A DNA stretch of 64,000 bases from Epiperipatus broadwayi (Eukaryota; Animalia; Onychophora). A program made the translations under genes and the position numbers. The stretch covers positions 14,012,001-14,076,000 of the forward strand of contig JAQFVV010000007.1 of assembly GCA_028023455.1 (NCBI GenBank). Reading direction: 5' to 3'. Numbering within the stretch: position 1 is the first letter of the stretch; each line of letters begins with the position of its first letter. This document shows positions 53,626 to 64,000 of this stretch, one piece after another. The notes beneath the pieces are model-generated. The model had not been told where the DNA came from. It ran no database searches and worked only from the letters and a program-made list of their open reading frames with translations.

Positions 53626-55192
53626 AGTTTTATATAATTTTCATTTTCATAGAAATCATTGTTTTTGATTAGGAGATTTTCAGTTATGTAAGTTTTCTTG
53701 ATTTATGCTTTCTCAGTTCTTCATAGGAATATTTATTTGCACACTGCACTCTATTCAAGTGAAAACTTTTTTCAGTTGCTTTTATGCAGCCATTCACTTC
53801 TACTTTTTTATGCATTTTTATTATGTATATATATTTAGTATATTTATTTCTTCCAAAGTATAAATTAGAAATATTTTAGAGTCCTTTCAATGTTAATGAT
53901 TTAAAATAAATGGCCATATTTACATGAGTTTTATCTCATAATTAAATTTTCAATAATTAGAAAAACCAAAACAACTACCTCTGCAGTTCAGAAAAAGTTT
54001 AGTGAATGGAAGATGATGGAGTGGGGCTGTGATTGTTCGATTTTAACTCCAGAGTCTGAAACATTACCATTGCACTAAACAATGGCAAACTATATAATTT
54101 TTTATATTAAAAATTAAAATATGTCTATTTATTGGCTTATACCAAACTGTATATAAAAACAATAATGTTAAAAAAAATCATTTTTGGTTATTTCAACAAA
54201 TTCTATGAGTGATCCTTCTAGTCACAACATTCATCCATCAACTAATGTAAATCTAAAATCTAAAGTATTAAACCAAAACACTTCAGCCTTCAAAATAAGG
54301 AGCAGTAAATAAACATTCAAAGTGACATGGGTAGATGACTTTTATATAACTAGAAGAGAAACTTCTCAAAGTACTGAACACAGAAGCTTCACCCACCACA
54401 ATAAGCAACAGTTAAGTAAAATATTCAAACTGGGATAGCAAGATATCTTTAATACAACCAGAAAAAACAACTTCTCAAAATTTTTGGGAAGCCTCTGTAT
54501 TGTTCAACATTAAGTAATGATTAAGAAAGATAATAATTGGAAAAATGTGGTATCACTTGATAAATTTTATATAATTTACTACTGTTAAAATTACACAAAG
54601 AGTAATAAATATACCCTTAAATGAAAAAAAAATATCATCAATCAAAGCTAATTATATTCTGTTGTTGAAACTGGATAAAGATATAAGCATTCTTTATGTT
54701 GTTTGATACTTTCAAGGCATCTGTTGTAACATAAATGATGTGAGTTTTTATTTGAGTTAATTTTCTGGAGCACAATTATAATGTTTACGTTTTAATTATC
54801 TTCAAATTTTATCCTTAAAAAATTTAAAGGATATTAGCTTCAATTATTGGGCAAAATAGATTTTTACTGAAACTACCATTTTATATGAAAAAATAGATAA
54901 ATTTCTCTGCATTATATTTTAAAAATAATTTCCTTTGTCAGTGATCCTAGAGCTTTGCCAACAAACAACAGCATCTGAAGAAGATATTCCTGAAATAAAT
55001 TTTAACTGCAGAACAATTTTATCATATACAACAGCAGCTCAACAAAAAATGAAGTATATTAATGTGCTTATTATAATTTTTTATCATAGTAAAATGAAAC
55101 AGCAAAATGTGTGTTTTCACACATATATATATATATATATATCAATATTTAATTTGCTTATACTGAATGTCGGTTATATATGTAAGTAGAGG

Positions 55193-55708
55193 AATTTGAA
55201 CTTAGGATTTTTCATTCTATACATGTCCTCCACAAGCAACCAATACACATGCCCACATATATGTGAAAAATATAAATAATTCCCAAAATATATATTTCAT
55301 GCAAAAACAGCACTCATCAGTTGGGGAAGATCATAATCTCCCACACATATATATGAACAATGCTCAGTTTATATTAAGATAGCAATTTCTTAAACTTTAC
55401 TAGACAGACTTCAATCTTCCAATGTTTTAACTACTCACCCATCCATTTCACTGAAAAACACATTGGTCTGACAATGTAGCCAAGAACTGATTGTAAATAG
55501 GTGTGAGAGATTATGATCTGGTCCAATTAATGAATGATGGTTCTTCATAAAATAAGTATATTGGGGATTATTTATCTTTTTCACATATATGTAGTCTTCT
55601 GTGTCAGTTACTTGAAATGGAGTAGAGAACAAATATAGATTAAAACATCCCATTACTTGAAATGGAGTAGAGAACAAATATAGATTAAAACATCCCAAAG
55701 TTCAAATC
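55193..55708. mobile_element. Family A fold-back with two decayed HHRs (55283-55324 minus, 55523-55564 plus)
   Basis: cagcactcatcagttgg on the left arm; tggtccaattaatga..aagtatattgggga on the right arm. Confidence 0.75.
55608..55697. repeat. Perfect 45-bp tandem duplication
   Basis: ttacttgaaatggagtagagaacaaatatagattaaaacatccca x2. Confidence 0.95.
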
Positions 55709-56982
55709 ATTCTATTTGCATATCAATATTGTGAATACACTTTTTAAAAAAAAAAAAATTAGAAATATAAAATACATTATGTGGAATTATATATTCGTAA
55801 AATATAGTTTTTTTTTTACTATACTTGTTAAAATTTGGAATATGTTTTGACATCATTTGATAACTAAGAGTTTTATGCCCCCCCCCTTTCCATTATTTTT
55901 TTTTTAGTTGATTAAAGTAATAGATTTTTTTCGATTTCATATGTTTTAATTTACTCCATATCTGTTTTTTTTTTTTTATTTCTGCTTGAAACCACTATTG
56001 CTGACATTATAATCTATCTCTATATTTTTTTGTACTTATCTATAACAATTTTATCATTTTTTTTCTATATTTTTTTTATAAACATTGTTCATATTCAAAT
56101 TTATTGAAATAGTTTTATAAATCTATATTTTTTATAACAGCTGCAATTACATTTATCTCTCCAGCCTATAATTTCATTTTATTTATTTTTGTATCTTAAT
56201 ATATTTTTATCAGGTTTTAAACCAACTTTATTGCATTCAGTTATTTGTTTATAGTACTTAATACCTATTTAAAAATTTTGCTTATAAACTTTAAAAGTAA
56301 TATATTTAGTGAGCTTTATTTATTATTATTATTTACGGCTTTATACCAATTACTCAATAGAGGGTTTAGATTCTAAGCATTATGGGTATTTCTTATAAAT
56401 AAGTTGTACATATTTGATATATTTCTACATAATTTATCTGAACTGTTCTTTTTGCCTCTCGACAATCTTTCACTAAGATTGGCTATCTATCACTCTCAAA
56501 AGTAATTGATTCATATGTAATTTGAGGTTTATTAAAATTTTTATAGGAATTTTTTTTTTAATGTTTCTAGGCCGTGTATCGCAAATCAATAGAAAGCCCA
56601 TCATTCCATGCTTAGTTATTGTTATTATTTGGACATCATTGAAACTAGTATAGCTTTTTGATCGCAATCAGATATTGATTTTATTATAAATATAGCCCTT
56701 TACAAAAAGGTTATTTTGCCCTCCTACATTTATATATATATGCATTTTTTTTTTTAAAAATGTTATGTTTGTCCCCACCCACCCCTTCTAACTGCCTCTT
56801 TTAATATTTCATTAATGATAACATTCATTAAATGTCATCCGTTGCAATTGTATGTTGTAAATTAAGTAATGAAAATAATTAGAGAAGATTTGAATTCAGA
56901 TTTTTAAGCTCTTATCAGTCATCAATTCTATCTTATACAACCAATAACAAAACCACATGCATGTGAAAAATATAAATGATTT

Positions 56983-57024
56983 CCAGTATACATATTTCGT
57001 GCTGAACCAGCACTCATTAGTTGG
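56983..57024 (-). ncRNA. Type-I hammerhead (family A)
   Basis: CCAA CTAATGA GTGCTG gtt CAGCAC GAAA TATGTAT A CTGG. Confidence 0.8.
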
Positions 57025-57395
57025 TTCAAATCATTATCTACTACACACATATATGTAATCAGCGTTCAGTTTACATTAAGATAGCAAATCTTTAAACTTT
57101 AATTGACAGACTTCAATCGTTGCCACTCTCCAACTCTTCAAACATCCGTACCATTTAAAATCTGATGATGGCATGTTCAAAATCTTTGCTTGCCAATTTT
57201 GTTGTCATGCCCATGTCAACAACAAAATTGGCAAACAAGAGCTTTGAACAAGCCATCATCAGTATTTTAATGATATGGATCATTGAAGAGTTGGAGAGTG
57301 AAGAAGTTTGAGGTCTGTCCATTAATGTTTGAACATTTTCTGTCTTAATATTAAATGAGCACTGATTATATATGTGTGTGCCAAATTGATCTGAA

Positions 57396-57447
57396 TCAAC
57401 TGATGAGTGCTGGTTCAGCACAAAATATATATATATATATATATTGG
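57396..57447 (+). ncRNA. Type-I hammerhead (family A), stem III expanded to (AT)n
   Basis: TCAA CTGATGA GTGCTG gtt CAGCAC AAAA (TA)n TTGG. Confidence 0.75.
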
Positions 57448-57829
57448 ATATTATATATTTTTTCACATGTGTATTGGTTGTATAAGATAGAGTGGATGAT
57501 TGAAGGGATATTGATAGTCTGTGTTCAAATCCCCTTATATTTACTATACTTGTATTTAAATATTAATGAAAATAATGAGATCTATGGTGAAATTTATTAA
57601 TAATATTTATTATATGTTTATATAATATATAATTAAATAATTATATATTGTTTTAATTTAAACAACTATCAGTCTCAAAGTTATTAATGCAGAAACTTTG
57701 GCATTTGTAAATCAAAGTGTTATAATATATATAATATTATTACCTGGAGCTTTTTTCTTCTTTATAAATTTAATTGCATGTCTTACTTCTTCATTTAAAT
57801 TTTTTCCAAAATAACTACAACTTGTTTAC

Positions 57830-58985
57830 AGCAAACTATTGATTTCAACTTACCAAAACAACAAGCTAGATTTTAAAGTGGTTTTACTACAGTAAATCAT
57901 ATCCAAGTATTGAGAGAAGTTATAGAAAGGACTAATGAATATGAGTTGTCATTATGCTTTGACTTTTCAGATTATGAAATAACATTTAATTCTATAAACA
58001 TTTATTCAGTAATTAAAGCATTAGATCATCCAGGATATTGTCATATTCTGAAGAATATTTATAAAAATGCAATAGTAACAATTAGATGGCATAATGGTAT
58101 TTAAAAAAATAACATTGACAAAGGTGTACAACAGGATGACTCCATACCTCCAAAACCTTTTACAGCTATTTTGCAAGAAATATTTTCTGGATTAAAATGG
58201 AAAGCTAAGGAAGTAAACTTAAATGGAGATTATTTAAGTCATCTAGATTTTGCAGCTAATGTAGTTGTTTTTGCAAGTAATATTTTAGAGTTTCAGAAAA
58301 TGTTGCAAGAGTTATCAGATGAAAATAAGATTAAAAATAAATGTTAAAAAGAGTAAAGTAATGTTCAATGAATTTACTCAAAATATGGAAATAAAGATTG
58401 ATAATGAAGAGTTAAGTTAACTGCAAATATTTTGGTCAAATTATTACTACAGATGAAAACATAATGGATGAAATTAATCATAGAATTAAACTTAGTCAGA
58501 ATGTTTTTAGTAGAAATAACTTCATATTAAAAAGAAATATGCCTATGTATTTGAAAAGAAAGGTTTTTAATAAATGTGTTTTACCAATTCTTACTTATGA
58601 ATCTGAGACTTGGCTACTTAACAGAAGAGCAATACAGAGACTTCAGATGATTCAATCAAGTATGGAGAAGTGCATGTTAGGAATAACAAAAAATGATCAA
58701 AAATGAAGTACATGGTTGAAAAAACAAACATGTGTTATTGATATTATTGAAAAAATTACATTGGACATATTTCTAGAAGAGATGATAACAGATGGATAGA
58801 TGATATCTTAAACTGAATTCCAAGAGACTGTAAAAGACCTAGAAAAAGCTCACGTGTGAGATGGATGGATGAAATAAGGAAATTTCCTGGAATGATGTGG
58901 AGAAGAAAAGTTAGAGATCAGAAAATATGGATTGAACTTGGAGAGGCCTTCAACCTGCAATGAACTGGTAATGGTTCACAATGAT
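57830..58985 (+). mobile_element. 5'-truncated RTE LINE (RT and 3' end)
   Basis: NHIQVLREVIERTNEY, DYEITFNS, KGVQQDD, LSHLDFA, VFNKCVLPILTYESETW, SMEKCMLGI motifs. Confidence 0.9.
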
Positions 58986-58992
58986 GATATAT

Positions 58993-59282
<290 letters not shown>

Positions 59283-59584
59283 TGTACTATCTACATTAAG
59301 GTATGATCATTTAAAAATAGCAATGTCTATTTAAAAAAAACACCAACCACCCTCTGCTATATTTTAACCATAATCTAGAAATTAATTATCATTCCATTGC
59401 TCCTAGTAACATAACTTCTATTTAAACACTATTACATTGTTCAATTTGCTATTAAAGATTGAATATATGTCTAATGGAGACTATTGCTGTTTTCATCAAA
59501 AAAAAACTCATAAACTATAAATTTCTGTAGATAATTAAGTTAATGTTATTTATTATTATTTCTTATATCAATATAATATTTAAT

Positions 59585-59848
<264 letters not shown>

Positions 59849-61721
59849 GAGGTGTGCGTATTTCAGGATATAGTAATAACAATACATGATTTATCACAAT
59901 GAATCATGGGTTGTCTTTCATCAAAAAAACATAAAATAGTCTAATTTGGGTAATGGAACTTTTATAATCCAGTGTATTATTTAAATGCTTGTATTACATG
60001 TCCTTTCAAGTATCAACCTTATAATTATTTTACTAATTTCCAACTCTATCTTTTTTTTCTCGGTAATATATGGTTTTTTTTTCTCTTACTATTAATTGTT
60101 GATTTACCATTATTATTATTTTATATATGTTTCAAATATGTCAAAAAAATACTTTTCAGTTTCTTTTCAAGATGAAAACAATTCAGAAATAAAACACATT
60201 GATATTCAGATATACTTTAATTCAGATTTGCTTTTAATTAAAGGCTGAAATGATTACTGTATTTGAATAGCCGACAATTACCTATGGATATATATATAAT
60301 AATAATAGTAAGATTCTGTTAGAATGTAAAATTATGTTGTCTTAATATATTAATACTAAAATATTTGGGTGTGGCACTACAGAAATATAATATTGTATTT
60401 GGTGTGTTATTCAAATACGAAATATGACTTTTATTATTTAATAGTCAATTTACAATATTAAAGTTATAAAGGATTTATATTATAATAATTTTCAAATATA
60501 ATCTTTTTTTTTCTGTAGTTATTTGATCGTTTTCTTTTCCTTTATACATGGTTTTTTTAAAGACATGTTAATATTAATTTTTAACAAGTGAAGGAATAAT
60601 TGTTTCCACTCGGTGAATAATAAAAAGCCTCATTACCTGCACACATTACAATAAATATTTTCTGACATTTTAATACATATATTTTGAAAATCATGATGGA
60701 AGCATAAATTTTCTTAAAACCAATTTTTAATTGTTGACTCAAACATTTTATGACGTAGTTGTAAATACGAAGATGCTGAAATGAATCGTGTGGTAAGCAA
60801 AGGCCAACTTCCTGCAGTTAATAATCAAGGATTGTTTGATTGCGTTACCCTTTTACCTAGTTGCTTAACTTGCCCTTGAACAAACTATTTAACATAAATA
60901 CTTTTATTTTTTTATCATATATTTATACGACTTTTACATTTTTTTCCCCTAAAAGTTTAAAAAAGTCAAACAAGAATTCAACTCTATTACGAAAAAGTTT
61001 GCCTTTATTTCACGATATTAACACAAATTTATATTATTTAAATGAAAATGTTTACCAATGCAAAACGAAGACAAATGAAAGTATTTCAAGGAAATGAGTT
61101 TATTCAACAATTACTGTCACTTTGGATAATTAGCACTCAGAAATCTACAATCAATTCATTTCTTCTGGTTTCAGTGGAACAATCAATTTTCAAGAGTGGA
61201 AATGCAGTGCTAATATTGGAAAGACATAACTCTGGCAATCATTTAATAAACATATAACAAAAGATTTGATTTTCATTTACTGAGTGTGGCAACATTATTT
61301 TTAAAAAAATTAAAATTCTTTTTAATTAATTGAATAACAAACTGACATTCATATATTTATTTATGTTTCTATATATATTCTGGAATATTTTTATAAAAGG
61401 ATTACAACACTATTTAAGGCATTATATATGATTCTGCTTCTACAAAAGACACTGCCGATGTTAATCGCAGTGATGAAGTTGCAGAGATTGTAGTTATATT
61501 TACACTGTTGTTTTCACTTCTTTTGATTCTTTATATTAGAGAAATTAAATTTCCAATCACAAATGTAAATAATTTTTCTACTATAAAGACTTCTTATGAT
61601 GGTGATAACGATGATGTTTCGAACCAGTAGAGATTACTATTATACAACTATTTCTGAAATTTATTTTGTAATATTATAAGAAGCCATAGTAAGAGATAGT
61701 TTTTGATATCAGTATTTTTTA

Positions 61722-62260
61722 AACATTGGAAATCTCTCTGCACAAGCCTTAGTAATCAATGGATGCAAGAAGGTTTGTGAATAAATCCTTCTTTAGTACC
61801 TACTCATCCAATGTCCCCATACTAATTTTTAATTGTAGCTTTCATCAGTGCAACCTTGGATTTGAGAGCACTGCATCTAGATCTTAGGATCTAATGCAAC
61901 CCTTCCAGAATTCACCTTTTACCTATTTATTTAACTATAAAGCTATTAGGCCAAAATGAAATCACAATAATGTTTCCAATCCTAGCTCTTTCACTTTTAT
62001 AAAAATGTAGATCTGAACCCACTTTAGTACCCTATATATTTTGGTGTGATTTTTTTTTAAAAAAAAAAACCCACAATCATCACAATCCTTTGGGTAGGAT
62101 TGGTATAAAACTACTAAGACATCACATGTACACCATTTCATATGTTAACACAAGCTGTTTAAACAGTAGCAAACTCTCACACTTAGTGGTACTATGGAGA
62201 TTTGCTACTGTTTAAACAGCATGTGTAAGCATAGGAAATTGCAATTATATGATGTTTTAG
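61722..62260. mobile_element. Family B: full minus-strand monomer plus 70-nt fold-back arm; HHR at 61815-61853(-)
   Basis: Minus reads GCA CTGATGA AAGC tacaa TTA AAAA TTAG TA TGGGG; hairpin gctgtttaaacagtagcaaa / tttgctactgtttaaacagc at 62156-62220. Confidence 0.75.
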
Positions 62261-63825
62261 TCTCCCTTTTTTTTGGAAGTTGTTCATACTTTATATAAGG
62301 AAGGGTGAATCTCCAAACACTAATCAATATTCAGTAGGAATATATATATATTCTTCTCTTTTAAAAAACACCCATTGACAAAATAACTTGTGCTTAATTG
62401 TCAACAAGTAGAGTTATATACAACTATTACTTTTATTGGCTAAATATGAATCCAATATTTTAAGATGAATATATTTATTAGTCATATGGCATAATAAATA
62501 ATGTATATATTTCTAATTACATGCAAAATCAAAATAATATTATGCTCTCTCTAATAATAAATTTAAATTTCAGTACATATTGAATGTAACTAACCATTTT
62601 TTGGCATTAAATAATATTACAAATTCTCATAATACACTAAACTAGTCTTTCAGATAAGTAAACAAATCAAATAATTAATTGAATTTTCTATAATAATAGG
62701 TTGTTTATTTATAATTCCCATAACATAAGTATTTTATATTCAAAATTTGAAATCACTATATTTCTTAGATCGTAGTTTCTATGGTTAAACTCATATAATA
62801 TTAAATATTTAATGTTAAGTAGAGATACAACATTATTTTAATAACATTAACTATTAATATTATTTCAATCATTTATGATTCATTGCAGAATGTCTTTTCA
62901 AGTTTAATTGAGCCTTTTTTTCTTAGCATCTCTTTTCTACATTGTTGCATAAAACATTCTTATCTTATCCTTAGAACACTATCTAGAAGTTTTATAATTA
63001 TTTGAAAAACAGTTTAATTACTTTAATTGTTTATATATTATATTTCATATAAAAACATATCTAAACTTTTTATTTTTCTCAGTACACTAAATGTATATCT
63101 TAGATCTATATTTAAGTTTGATAAGAAGCATGTAATTTTTTCCAAAAATATAGTCATATTTTATAATATTAAATTTGTTCATCAAAAGCAACATTGAAGT
63201 TAAATTTTATCATTAATTCCATTCAGTATGTTTCTACATATTTTAATTTATTCTAATTTATTCCTGTCATTTTTTCTAAAACCAATGAACATTACTTTTC
63301 TTGCTTTACCATTTAACATTTGTTTCTATATTTTTGTTTTCATCCGATGAAGCACTATTTGAAAACAACCATCACCTACCACATCTTTATGTATTAAGTA
63401 ATTTCCATGCATGTTTGTTTTATCAATTTCTTTTTTAATCCACAAATTATTTTGTTTAAAAATGCTGGATATATTGTTCAGATATGGAATCATCTTGTCA
63501 AATATTATTAACAAGTTAATTAGATTAATGTCACTCTGCAGATGCATTTTGATAATTATTCCTCATAATTGATACTATCCTGGATCTATGTTTTGTTGTT
63601 CCAAAGTTTTAAATGCTAAAGAGATGCTTAAAGTGTAAAATGCCTTTTTTGTCATTTATAAGTCCAGTGCAAATTTTGAAGTTCATTATAACTTCTCTTA
63701 ATTCATGGATAAAATCGACCGAGTTATCATTACTTTTAAATGTAACTTGTTATATTAGTTGGTTTGTGTTCATTATTCTCTGCAAATAAATTGTAATAAT
63801 TTTAGTTACAATATTGCATGGATTT

Positions 63826-63978
63826 AAACATCACATTATCAACATTTCTTATGCTTTCTCATAACTTTTATTAAAACAGGCAAAACTCTCAATACAGTAG
63901 TGCCACTCAGTGCAAGCCATTGATTACACTGGCATGCATTGAGTGGCTCTACTGTTTAGAGAGTTTTTGTCTGTGTTA
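63826..63978. mobile_element. Family B short fold-back
   Basis: aaaacaggcaaaactctc..tgcaagcca / tggcatgcattgagtggc..gagagttttt; imperfect flanking repeat (10/13) at 63813-63825 and 63979-63991. Confidence 0.75.
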
Positions 63979-64000
63979 ATTGTATAGATCTATTACAAAG

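Larger units (their letters stand above)
56880..57563. mobile_element. Family A palindrome (about 320-bp arms, centre 57210) with 13-bp TSD
   Basis: Arms 56887-57205 / 57215-57531; TAATGAAAATAAT at 56867-56879 and 57564-57576. Confidence 0.88.

Noticed and set aside
55608-55697. CRISPR-like repeat
   Set aside because: Two adjacent copies with no spacer, eukaryotic context and no cas genes.
63326-63547. DVVGDGCF as an OTU-protease motif (VxGDGNCLF)
   Set aside because: It lacks the Asn and has no downstream OTU residues; too short to support.

Overview
Very AT-rich, CpG-depleted eukaryotic DNA that looks intergenic or intronic. I cannot recognise any host gene, rRNA, tRNA gene or CRISPR array, and nearly all long ORFs in the track are microsatellite translations or transposon fragments. 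The window contains decayed LINEs (RTE, CR1-like, Ingi/I-like), mariner remnants, tRNA-like SINE heads and long (AAT)n/(GATA)n arrays. The dominant unexplained structure is a Penelope-like-element (PLE) and hammerhead-ribozyme (HHR) system. Two 5'-truncated coding PLEs (RT + GIY-YIG) each sit as head-to-head palindromes (1-2990 and 11543-14852). At least four non-coding HHR-carrying repeat families (A, B, D, E), plus three hairpin families without a clear HHR (C, G, H), are inserted mostly in the same head-to-head fold-back form. About 20 minimal type-I HHR motifs with palindromic stem III are visible by eye. Nine insertions have direct-repeat flanks of 11-16 bp, mostly 13 bp. Monomer periods of 450 and 473 nt can be read directly, and one array ends at the predicted self-cleavage site. 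Two families carry a U3-A8 core variant. All coordinates and alignments were made by eye, no database was searched, and novelty is unverified.
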